Positions 10,101 to 18,666 of a DNA stretch of 64,000 nt are shown here, in pieces (within the stretch, counting starts at the first letter, position 1; the number at the start of each line of letters is the position of its first letter). The stretch is from Candidatus Cloacimonadales bacterium. Its GTDB lineage: Bacteria > Cloacimonadota > Cloacimonadia > Cloacimonadales > JAFGVF01. The notes under the pieces were generated by a model. It did no database searches. It worked only from the letters and a program-made list of their open reading frames with translations, and was not told where the DNA came from. Location of the stretch: contig OY762964.1 in the NCBI GenBank assembly GCA_963667035.1, positions 1,664,001-1,728,000 on the forward strand, read 5' to 3'. The position numbers were made by a program, and so were the translations under genes.

Positions 10101-11136
10101 ATTTGAAGGGAATGACTCCACATGCGGATTTGAATATGCCTTCGGAAATAACTATAAACCTGAGTATCAGATTATAGAAGACGGTATGAAAATACTAATT
10201 CAAGATTCAGATACTAGTTTTAGTAATGCGTTTCTTCCTATAGTGAATTACTCTTATTCATTGCATCCGAATGAAACTAAAGAGTTTATCTTCCCGATTT
10301 GTTCTCTGGTAGGAACAGTTAATGCTGATTTCGAGATAAGTAGTATTCAGAACTGGCTAACATTTAGCGATGAAACATCATTAGAGGTTAGTGAAGGTAG
10401 TAGAAGTGAGATAGGACTGACAATTAATACTAATGGATTAGCTGAAGGTAGTTACGTATCTTGGTTGTTGATTAGCTCATCTGATAAGAGTCTTAATGGT
10501 AGAGATATTCCTGTGTCTTTAGAAATCCGTGATTCTGCGACTCCTTCCCTTTACAGGATATCTTCATTTCCATATATTGATTACACTAATGATACTCAAA
10601 TTGGTCTGATGAACTACTCAGGCTTTATAAATATAGGTGATTATTTTGAGGGAACGGTAACATCATATTTGATAGAGGCTAATCCAATGCCTATTGTTCC
10701 ATTCTTGTTGATAGAAGAAGGTGTAATCAACTTTACTGAAGAAGTTAAATCGAATTATGAGTTAACTATTACAGCTAATTCCGGTGAAAATAACGTAAAT
10801 GGTATGTTACATATCAGGGCATTCGAGAATGTTGGAGATAGTGAGAATACTCAAACTATAGACAAGCTTAACTTAACTAATTATCCTAATCCGTTTAATC
10901 CTTCAACAACTATCAGCTTTACTTTGGATAAACAAGATAATGTTGAGTTATCCATATACAATCTGAAAGGCCAGAGAATAAGCACTTTAACAGATAGAAT
11001 TCTTACAGAAGGTAACCATACGGTAAACTGGAATGGTATTGATAAACAGAACAGGCAAGTAACATCAGGTGTTTACTTTGTCAGATTAAAAACAAGTAAT
11101 CTGGAAATGACTCGTAAAATAATTCTGATAAAGTAA
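7171..11136 (+). CDS. secreted C25 (gingipain-like) peptidase-family protein with C-terminal FlgD-Ig/T9SS-type sorting domain
   Basis: Signal peptide; VLFGD, DIAIGRVS, NLMGDP; C-terminal NYPNPFNP...IYNLKGQ...SGVYFVRL. Confidence 0.85.
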   Translation: MKLRICFITIMLVVVSFVFAVKGVSFESNNNQVIINYNANSEESFLVRIPNTGKVEVNWKVEFENGSIASGMGDSQLFLISTPAIYRDLRVVSVKINKNETIKQLTIALNIDRDVPGTNEKINCKTVSRSFNEIYDNTVINYTPERNLSKDRILYFYPEEVEEYVTELGNWKLRTGFEVEYYPLTAETNTTAWIYNEILQAYNTFNPPSFVVLFGDVNGNYHLPTHWYDYPTGTAEGDHPYATLEGNDIVEDIAIGRVSFSTTSELSTIIHKIKLYEGMQNVPLGWQNRVLLVSDTDESGISTYTTNQYVKEIMSNYNNDFAFTELVGTSPSPSLMTSNLNVGVSFFNYRGFLGMSGWDAYEANTLLNGPRLPIVTTITCDTGSFGIGLSRTEAFLRAGTPQLPAGAIASIGCSTADTHTCYNNLVDASIYEGLFVHDIKTIGEALLYAKNQLFTVYGASQPEVLPYNYQIFNLMGDPSTVVVKGNPSIFTVDTSGFDGTGSLPCSINGLNGQEYFYSLWSDTNGMIASGFSSATDINLPIGIDSESIKLLITSEGYKPVEQIINVNNEVGFGNPVVSIQTQGISTEFIYPNTASSVNVTCNSRGVNPGVYPVSYYIINSDGETIRTNEAQLDVNADNTSGLNQPIIIPAINKRDLSSGLKLRLVINANDSTAIEVDLPAYSSDLKVTHEFSYTKTEEMVLGETSELMVRLENERPNDYTVDWSNTYIEGAPLLSNIDLNDESVLQYYTFHCDADLDINIQHYIPITVNLSMNNGITLFWIDYIEFNVIYGGSDNPYRDNTGRYSIFTNSMRNTPELMSNNWIELNPELGGNGELTEISDEIEEDDDVITRDLPFEFNWYNQAFSQVSICSNGWISMGSTDQFIARNWRFPGPLGPSNMIAPFWDDLITTNGGVYTYNDVSNDRYIVQWDCYTLFDNTPEKFQLHLYGSGEILFIYNDVTAVDDNYEFQHGSYFTTGFEGNDSTCGFEYAFGNNYKPEYQIIEDGMKILIQDSDTSFSNAFLPIVNYSYSLHPNETKEFIFPICSLVGTVNADFEISSIQNWLTFSDETSLEVSEGSRSEIGLTINTNGLAEGSYVSWLLISSSDKSLNGRDIPVSLEIRDSATPSLYRISSFPYIDYTNDTQIGLMNYSGFINIGDYFEGTVTSYLIEANPMPIVPFLLIEEGVINFTEEVKSNYELTITANSGENNVNGMLHIRAFENVGDSENTQTIDKLNLTNYPNPFNPSTTISFTLDKQDNVELSIYNLKGQRISTLTDRILTEGNHTVNWNGIDKQNRQVTSGVYFVRLKTSNLEMTRKIILIK

Positions 11137-11137
11137 A

Positions 11138-12574
11138 CTAAACTTCGGTTCTTTTCCAACCTCCTGCCAGATATACCGATAAACCAAGCAGTGAGATAAT
11201 GAGATTACTTATTACCATAGCCCAGAAAAGACTATCATAACTGTACGGTTTGACTATATTTGCAAGTGAATCAAACAGTCTTGGGAACAAGTTGTAGATT
11301 GCAGGAAAGTGTTCATATACCTTTCCTGCAAGAATATATGTTAAAGGTATTCTAAAAAGCCATAATCTGGAAACATTCAATATCATAGTAGGTTTTGTAT
11401 ATCCCGCACCATTAAATACTCCATTGAAAACAAAGACAAAGCTAAACAGGAATGTTGCCAATGAAGTTATCTTAAACATCCTTGCTCCATGCTTTATTAC
11501 TTCAGGGTCATTAATGAACATGCTGATTAAGCTTCCGCCAAAGAAGTAAATAATTGAGCATCCGATAGACATGATTATGACAATTGTAGCCAGAGCATGA
11601 GCCACTGTTTTCTCTGCTCTCTTTATCTTTCCAGCTCCCAAATTCTGTCCTACTATTGAGGACAGAGCATTGCTTAGTCCCATTGAAGGCATCATAAAGA
11701 ATCCGGTTAATCTGTTTCCAAGTGAGAAAACGCTTATGACAACAGTACCGTATGTGTTAACAAATCCTTGAAGAAGTAAAAATCCGATACTTGTAATGGA
11801 TTGGGCTATAGAGGCCGGGATACTAATGTTTATAATTGTTTTTAGCAGTCTCTTGTCAGGAATAAGGTCATGAAGTTTTGGTATAAGGATAGCAGCCTTC
11901 CTCTTAAGGAAATATATTGCTAGTAGAGCTCCTATTATCCTAGAGAATACTGTTGCCCAAGCAGCTCCTATTATACCAAAAGCCGGAATAGGTCCAAAAC
12001 CGAAAATAGCCAGTGGATCAAGTAGAATGTTACAACTAACCGATATCAGCGAGATGGTCATTGGTGTTATTGTATCACCTAATCCATGTGAGAAGCTTTG
12101 ATAACTCATGAATATAAACATGAAAGCCATGCCAATCATGACTGTGCTTATATAGCTTATAGCATCCTGCTGTATGTCAGGAGGCACTTTCATAAGTACA
12201 ACAATATCATCAATGAATATGAAAGCAGTTAGGAGGAATAGAACAGAGAAGAAAGACAGAATCAGAATGAACTGACCGGTTACTTTCTTGATTTTATCTA
12301 ACTCTCCTGCACCTTTATACCTTGAGACAAGGGCCGTGCCTGCTACCATGAACCCGAAACCGAATGCCATGATTGTGAAAACTATAGGATATGCTAGACC
12401 TACAACCGCAACTGCTTCCAAAGCCTTTTCTGACATTTTTCCTAACCAGAAAGCATCAGTGAGATTATAGACTGTTTGAATTAAATTAGCTAACATTATA
12501 GGTACAGCCAGTTTTAACAGATTTGATAATATTGGACCTTGAGTAAGGTCTTTTCCATGTTGATTCTTATTCAT
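11138..12574 (-). CDS. MATE family efflux transporter
   Basis: DLTQGPI, YNLTDAFW, GQNLGAG; about 12 TM segments. Confidence 0.92.
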   Translation of the reverse strand: MNKNQHGKDLTQGPILSNLLKLAVPIMLANLIQTVYNLTDAFWLGKMSEKALEAVAVVGLAYPIVFTIMAFGFGFMVAGTALVSRYKGAGELDKIKKVTGQFILILSFFSVLFLLTAFIFIDDIVVLMKVPPDIQQDAISYISTVMIGMAFMFIFMSYQSFSHGLGDTITPMTISLISVSCNILLDPLAIFGFGPIPAFGIIGAAWATVFSRIIGALLAIYFLKRKAAILIPKLHDLIPDKRLLKTIINISIPASIAQSITSIGFLLLQGFVNTYGTVVISVFSLGNRLTGFFMMPSMGLSNALSSIVGQNLGAGKIKRAEKTVAHALATIVIIMSIGCSIIYFFGGSLISMFINDPEVIKHGARMFKITSLATFLFSFVFVFNGVFNGAGYTKPTMILNVSRLWLFRIPLTYILAGKVYEHFPAIYNLFPRLFDSLANIVKPYSYDSLFWAMVISNLIISLLGLSVYLAGGWKRTEV

Positions 12575-12818
12575 CGGTACATACGAAATGATACTTGCTA
12601 TCTTGACTACCTTTTTTTGATAAAAAAGTCGTATAAATAAAATTATGCTACTATCCCGACATCTTTAATATTTAATCTGTAACCTTCAAAGTGGAAATTG
12701 ATTGACTTAAATGAGTCAAAATAAATACTGACATTAAACGAAAGGAAAGGTTGTATAAAATTTAATGGTGATAAATATCAAACTTTTAATACTCAGTTCT
12801 AAAAGGTTTCATAAATAA

Positions 12819-12850
12819 AGAGCATTTGTCTACAGACAGATGCTTTTTTT
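12819..12850 (+). terminator. intrinsic terminator-like hairpin directly upstream of nadC
   Basis: AGAGCATTTGTC-TACA-GACAGATGCTTT followed by a T-run to 12850. Confidence 0.65.
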
Positions 12851-12863
12851 ATTGGAGAGAAAG

Positions 12864-13685
12864 ATGAATGTAAAAGAACTTGTTCAGAAAAGCTTAGATG
12901 AAGACATTTTTACAGGTGATATAAGTACTGATTACCTCGGACTTGGAGACAGCAAAGCTTCTGCTGTTTTTGTAGCAAAAAAGGCCGGTGTTATTGCAGG
13001 TCTTACTGTCGCTGAACTTGCTTTTAAATGTGTAGATAACAATACAGAGTTTACTCCCTCTGTTTCTGATGGAGATTACGTAGAAAAGGGTACAAATATA
13101 GCACGAATAGAAGGTCTTTCATCACCTCTTTTAAAAGCTGAACGAGTAGCATTAAACTTTATTCAAAGAATGAGTGGCATTGCAACTTTAACTTATGAAT
13201 TTGTTTCTGCTTTAAAAGGAACAGGATGTAAGCTGCTAGATACCAGAAAGACAACCCCTTTACTTAGAGAACTTCAAAAGTATTCGGTTAGAATGGGGGG
13301 AGGTTATAACCATCGTTTTGGTCTGTATGATATGATAATGCTTAAAGAGAATCATATCAGAGCTGCAGGTTCAATCACAAATGCAGTGAGACTTGTGAAA
13401 GAAAGAAATACTTCCTATAAGATTGAAGTGGAAGTAACAAATGGCATTGAACTTGAAGAAGCTTTCAATGCCGGTGTAGATAGAGTAATGCTTGATAATA
13501 TGACATTGGATGAGATGAGAAGTGCCGTCGATGAGTATAAGGGTCGGATAGAATTGGAGGCATCAGGAAATGTTACTCTGGAAACTGTTAGAGATATTGC
13601 TATGACAGGAGTCGATTTTATTTCAAGTGGAGCGTTAACTCATTCCTATTCTTCACTTGATATTAGTATGTTATTTAATGAATAA
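12864..13685 (+). CDS. nadC: quinolinate phosphoribosyltransferase
   Basis: DTRKTTP, NHRFGLYD, KENH, MLDN, EASG; ATG 12864 with GGAG RBS. Confidence 0.95.
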   Translation: MNVKELVQKSLDEDIFTGDISTDYLGLGDSKASAVFVAKKAGVIAGLTVAELAFKCVDNNTEFTPSVSDGDYVEKGTNIARIEGLSSPLLKAERVALNFIQRMSGIATLTYEFVSALKGTGCKLLDTRKTTPLLRELQKYSVRMGGGYNHRFGLYDMIMLKENHIRAAGSITNAVRLVKERNTSYKIEVEVTNGIELEEAFNAGVDRVMLDNMTLDEMRSAVDEYKGRIELEASGNVTLETVRDIAMTGVDFISSGALTHSYSSLDISMLFNE

Positions 13686-13701
13686 GATAAAGGGAGCAAT
13701 C

Positions 13702-14415
13702 ATGAAGAAGCAAATGCTTACATTAGCCAGAATGCAGACTTTTGATGACAGAATCGGAGATAAGTTAAAACAGAAAGAGGTTCTTCCGCAACAACTCAAA
13801 GAACTGGAACAACATGTTGAAGATGCTGAGCAAAAAGTTAAACTTGCCAAGGAAGTTCTTGATCAAGCTCAAGTTGAGCAGAAGAATAAAGAGAATGAGA
13901 TTCAAGCAAACAAAGATTTAATTGCAAAATATGCTGTTCAATTGAATTCCATAAAAACAAATAAAGAGTATAAAGCTCTCAATAAAGAGATAGAAGGTCT
14001 TAACTCCAAAAACGCTAAGCTTGAAGAAGAGATTCTTAAGCTTATGGATGACGTGACTGCTAAGAAGAACGAACTTAAAGAAAAGCAGAACGATAAGTCG
14101 GACGCTGAGAAAGAACTTCACTCTCAGGAAGAAGAGCTTAAAAAGCTTATTAAAGCTGTAGATAATGATATTGAAGAGCTTAAGAACGAAAGAAACAAAC
14201 TTGCAAAGACTCTTCCTACACCTTTAACCAGAAGATATATACTTCTTTTAAAGAATAAGAACAGAAAAGCGGTAGTCTATAATCAGAAAAACGCCTGTTC
14301 AGGTTGTGGATACAAGATTCGTCCACAAGTTCTTTTGGAACTTGAAGATGAGAAGAAACTCCACTATTGTGAGAATTGTTCAAGAATTCTCATGAATAAG
14401 CCTTCCGATTTATAG
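13702..14415 (+). CDS. coiled-coil protein with C4 zinc-ribbon (DUF164/CT398-like)
   Basis: Long coiled coil, KEYKAL.KEI, CSGC...CENCSRIL. Confidence 0.88.
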   Translation: MKKQMLTLARMQTFDDRIGDKLKQKEVLPQQLKELEQHVEDAEQKVKLAKEVLDQAQVEQKNKENEIQANKDLIAKYAVQLNSIKTNKEYKALNKEIEGLNSKNAKLEEEILKLMDDVTAKKNELKEKQNDKSDAEKELHSQEEELKKLIKAVDNDIEELKNERNKLAKTLPTPLTRRYILLLKNKNRKAVVYNQKNACSGCGYKIRPQVLLELEDEKKLHYCENCSRILMNKPSDL

Positions 14416-14461
14416 ACAAGAAAATATTATTTTGTCAGCCCGAAGTGTTTCACTTCGGGCT

Positions 14462-16124
14462 CAGACTGTTGACAAAAACATTCTAATTTACATGGATATA
14501 TTGTTGAAAGTCATTTTTCTTCATTTTAACTGAGTCCAAACTCAAACATGCGAGATTTTGCTCTATTTTCGTGTAAATTGGAGTTGAAAATCATGTAATT
14601 GATGATAAATTTTGCTATTAATTTCCCTAATTTACCTTTGAAAAGGTATTTTACGAGTTTCTTGATATTTTGCACAATAGCTGTTAGATAAGCTTGTTCT
14701 CGAACTCGCTCTATTCCTCGATATTTTGCATATCGGTAGCCATGAAGTTGCTTTGCATTGGCAAAGCTTCTCTCAATGGTTTCTTTTCTCCTCTTGTATA
14801 TCTCTTTCCCACATAATGTTAACCTATTCTTGTGGATTATCTCTTTGCTCTCTTCCCAGACATGACGAGTGATTACCTTTTGAGAAGACTTACTTTCTGT
14901 ACATTTACCTAGCATTGGACAATTCTTGCATTCACTAGGATTCGACTTGTATTCTTTATAGCCATCACGGCTCGTTGTTCTATAATTTAACTCTTTATTA
15001 CATGGACATATGTAAACATCCTTCCGGGAATTATATGTAAATTTTTTCTTTTTAAATAGACCTTTCTTACCTCCCTGTCTTTTGTAGCCAAGGACTCCCA
15101 TAATATTCATATCTACCAGTTGCTTACAAATGTTAATTGTATCATATCCTGAATCAAGCCCTACTGCCTGAACATTAAAACCATAAACCTTTTGTTGGAA
15201 CTGTAACCTGTCAATATAGCAGGTGCTATCATTTACATTGCCGGGAGTAATGTGAACATCGGTTATATAGTTCGTTTTATGGTCGACTGTCCTATGATCT
15301 AAGTAGAAGAAGCCTTGAGGCTTTCTATCACGGGTCATAAAGCCACTATCGGGATCTGTTGTGCTAGACTTGATATTTTTTACTTTAGGTGATGCTCCTC
15401 CTTTAAGATTGTTATCCTTAGGAGGTAAAGGTTTCTTACCATGAGCCTTCCGATCTTCATCAACGCTTGTGTTAAGATCTTCCAAGTAACTCTTGGAGGA
15501 TACCTCAACTTCAATATCCTCGAATTTACCTTTATTAGCATTTGCCTTTAGATGGGTTGAGTCGCTATAAAGTATCTTTCCATCAACTAATCCATGTTTA
15601 ATGCCTAACTTCACTATATCTATAAAAATCTCTTCGAATACGCTGCTATCATTAAATCGCCTTCTACGATTTTGACTGAAGACTGAGTGATGAGGTACTT
15701 TATCAGTTAGTCCAAAGCCTAAGAACCAACGATAAGCCACATTGACCTCTATCTCTTTGACCAATTGTCTTTCCGAGCGAATACCGAATAGATAGCCAAT
15801 AAAAAGCATTTTGAAAAGAGTAATAGGATGAATTGGAGGACGACCGGTAGTAGAACAATACAAATGCGCTGTTCTATCTAAAATGAATGAAAAATCTATT
15901 ACGCTATCGATTTTCCTTAGTATGTGATCTACCGGTACTAAATCATCTATTATTACAAATTCCATTTGGGACTGTGTGTCAGAAACTTTTTTAAGCATAA
16001 CCACCTCTAATTATGATGGTTTAAGTATAAACTAAGGGGGTTTTTGTCAATGATTGATGTTCTTATTTTAAGCTAAAAAAAGACAAAGCTATGAAATCTT
16101 ACTCATAGCTTTGTCAACAGTCTG
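14462..16124 (-). mobile_element. IS1182-family insertion sequence, copy 1 (1663 bp)
   Basis: Perfect 15-bp terminal IR CAGACTGTTGACAAA; 25-bp direct repeat AGCCCGAAGTGTTTCACTTCGGGCT at 14437-14461 and 16125-16149. Confidence 0.93.
14526..16004 (-). CDS. IS1182-family transposase
   Basis: GRPP..P, GIRSERQL, YRWFLG, DSTHLKANA, TDPDS, LDSGY, RKETIERSFA. Confidence 0.95.
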   Translation of the reverse strand: MVMLKKVSDTQSQMEFVIIDDLVPVDHILRKIDSVIDFSFILDRTAHLYCSTTGRPPIHPITLFKMLFIGYLFGIRSERQLVKEIEVNVAYRWFLGFGLTDKVPHHSVFSQNRRRRFNDSSVFEEIFIDIVKLGIKHGLVDGKILYSDSTHLKANANKGKFEDIEVEVSSKSYLEDLNTSVDEDRKAHGKKPLPPKDNNLKGGASPKVKNIKSSTTDPDSGFMTRDRKPQGFFYLDHRTVDHKTNYITDVHITPGNVNDSTCYIDRLQFQQKVYGFNVQAVGLDSGYDTINICKQLVDMNIMGVLGYKRQGGKKGLFKKKKFTYNSRKDVYICPCNKELNYRTTSRDGYKEYKSNPSECKNCPMLGKCTESKSSQKVITRHVWEESKEIIHKNRLTLCGKEIYKRRKETIERSFANAKQLHGYRYAKYRGIERVREQAYLTAIVQNIKKLVKYLFKGKLGKLIAKFIINYMIFNSNLHENRAKSRMFEFGLS

Positions 16125-16155
16125 AGCCCGAAGTGTTTCACTTCGGGCTTTTTTT
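16125..16155 (+). terminator. intrinsic terminator of nadC/zinc-ribbon unit (duplicated IS target)
   Basis: AGCCCGAAGTG-TTT-CACTTCGGGCT plus T-run; hairpin also present at 14437-14461 without T-run. Confidence 0.85.
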
Positions 16156-16529
16156 ACTTATGAGACTAAACTAATTAATCAACTTCAGTGAAATCATAGA
16201 TTAGTATAAATATCTTCAACATAGATTTATAATTATTCTATTGTTTAAGTGCGAAAACAATGCTTCATTAAAAGACAAAATCATGAAAAATGCTATGTAT
16301 ACAACATCCTACTGATTATAAAGTCAATACTCAGAAAATGAGAAAATCGTTTTGCAAAAAAGGAGCCAATTAATGCAAAACGTGTAGTTAACAAATTATT
16401 TTCTATTTTATAAATCAGCTTATAATAAGCATCTAAGTGCTTTAACTGACATTAGCATAATCTTTATGTTGATAAAAAAACTGCGTTTGAAAAGTTGGCG
16501 TCCTAAGATAATTAAGATAAGGAGAAAGC

Positions 16530-18602
16530 ATGAGTGAACTTAAGCATATCAGGAATATTGGTATTAGTGCACATATCGATTCCGGTAAGACTACTCTGAC
16601 AGAAAGAATCCTGTTTTATACAGGAAGGATACATAAAATTCATGAAGTACGCGGTAAAGACGGAGTGGGTGCAACAATGGACTCAATGGAGCTGGAGAAA
16701 GAGAGAGGTATTACCATTTCTTCTGCAGCTACAAATGTTAATTGGAAGAAGCATGAAATCAATATCATAGACACTCCCGGACATGTTGACTTCACAATTG
16801 AAGTTGAGAATGCCTTGCGTGTGCTTGATGGTGCGGTTCTTGTTCTTTGCTCAGTTGGCGGAGTCCAATCCCAAACAATAACAGTTGAAAGGCAAATGAA
16901 CAGGTATAAGATTCCTCATCTGTGTTTTATCAATAAAATGGATAGAACAGGTGCAGATCCTTATAAAGTTATGAGTCAATTGCATGACAAACTTGGTAAG
17001 AATGCTGTTTTTACTAATCTTCCAATCGGAACCGGTGAAAACTTTGAAGGTATCATTGATCTTGTGAGAATGCAGGCTATCTATTACCAAGGAGCAAGTA
17101 ACGAAGAAATCGTTATAAAAGAGATTCCCGAAGAGATGATGGATGAAGCCCAGAAGTATCAAGAAATACTTATGGAAACAGCTTCAATGTTCTGCAATAC
17201 GCTCATGGAATCATATCTTGAGGGTAATGTTGATGTAGAAGTTCTTAAAGATGCTATTAGAAAGGCAACTATTGCAAGACAAATGGTTCCCGTATTAGTT
17301 GGATCAGCCTTCAAGAATATCGGCTCAAGAGTTCTTTTAGACTCGGTTATTGATTATCTTCCTTCTCCAAGCGATGTAACAAATACTGCTTATGATGTTG
17401 AACATCATGATCGTGAGATTGAGATTAAGAGTACAAGACAAGGCGATGTTGTTGCCATGGCTTTCAAACTTGAGAACCAACAGTATGGTCAGTTAACATA
17501 TCTCAGAGTATACCAGGGAACAATTAAGAAGGGAATGGATTTAATCAATCTTGCTTCTAGAAAACGCATCAAAGTCGGACGTCTAGTTAAGATGCACGCG
17601 AGTAATATGGAAGATGTAGAAGTCGCTGCAGCGGGAGATATTGCCGGTTTCTTCGGTATTGATTGCTCACTTGGTGACACATTTGTTACCGGCGATGCCC
17701 ATTTCTCTATGAAGCATCTTTATATCCCTGAACCAATTATCTCACTTGCAATTGTCCCAAAGGATAAGAGAGCTCAAGATAACATGGCAAAAGCTTTAAA
17801 TAGATTCAGTAAAGAAGATCCTACTTTCAAGTCATATTATGATGAAGAATCTAATGAGACTATCATTTCCGGTATGGGTGAACTTCATCTGGATGTTTAT
17901 ATAGAAAGAATGAAGAGAGAGTACAAGTGCGAGCTTGATATCGGTCGTCCACAAGTTGCCTATAGAGAGTCAATCAGCCAAGAAGTTAAATTCGACTACA
18001 CTCATAAGAAACAATCCGGTGGACGCGGACAATATGCTAGAGTTGCCGGTACATTCAGACCATTGGATGATGAAGACAGCAAATTCACAGATAGCATAGT
18101 CGGTGGCTCAATACCAGCTACATATATCCCTTCATGTGAAAAAGGCTTTATGTCTTCTCTAACTAAGGGTGGCTTAGCAGGATTCCCTATTGTTCAAGTT
18201 GAAATGGAACTCAGCGACGGTGCTTTCCATGCTGTGGATTCATCTCAGATGACCTTTGAAATAGCTTCAAGAGCTGCTTTCAGAGAGTATTACCATAAAG
18301 CAAAACCTTATCTCATGGAACCTATCATGAAAGTTGAAATTGAGACTCCTAATGAGTTTCGCGGTAATGTTATGGGTAGTGTGAATCAACGTCGTGGTAT
18401 CGTTATTGATACTGATATTGATGAGCAATTCACAAGAGTTATTGCTGATATTCCTTTGGTTGAAATATTCGGATATATTACTCAATTACGTTCTTTGACT
18501 CAAGGTAAAGCCGAACTTGGAGTTCAGTTCCATGCCTACAAACGAGTTCCTAAATCAATAGAAGAAACAGTACTGGAAGAGTTAAGAAAAAATAAGAAAT
18601 AA
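16530..18602 (+). CDS. fusA: elongation factor G (mitochondrial/spirochete EF-G1 type)
   Basis: [46 protein letters not shown]. Confidence 0.95.
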   Translation: MSELKHIRNIGISAHIDSGKTTLTERILFYTGRIHKIHEVRGKDGVGATMDSMELEKERGITISSAATNVNWKKHEINIIDTPGHVDFTIEVENALRVLDGAVLVLCSVGGVQSQTITVERQMNRYKIPHLCFINKMDRTGADPYKVMSQLHDKLGKNAVFTNLPIGTGENFEGIIDLVRMQAIYYQGASNEEIVIKEIPEEMMDEAQKYQEILMETASMFCNTLMESYLEGNVDVEVLKDAIRKATIARQMVPVLVGSAFKNIGSRVLLDSVIDYLPSPSDVTNTAYDVEHHDREIEIKSTRQGDVVAMAFKLENQQYGQLTYLRVYQGTIKKGMDLINLASRKRIKVGRLVKMHASNMEDVEVAAAGDIAGFFGIDCSLGDTFVTGDAHFSMKHLYIPEPIISLAIVPKDKRAQDNMAKALNRFSKEDPTFKSYYDEESNETIISGMGELHLDVYIERMKREYKCELDIGRPQVAYRESISQEVKFDYTHKKQSGGRGQYARVAGTFRPLDDEDSKFTDSIVGGSIPATYIPSCEKGFMSSLTKGGLAGFPIVQVEMELSDGAFHAVDSSQMTFEIASRAAFREYYHKAKPYLMEPIMKVEIETPNEFRGNVMGSVNQRRGIVIDTDIDEQFTRVIADIPLVEIFGYITQLRSLTQGKAELGVQFHAYKRVPKSIEETVLEELRKNKK

Positions 18603-18666
18603 CGTACATACAAAATAAAACTCAGAAATGGATGAGTGGAAAGAGTTATAGCTGGCTATAACTCTT

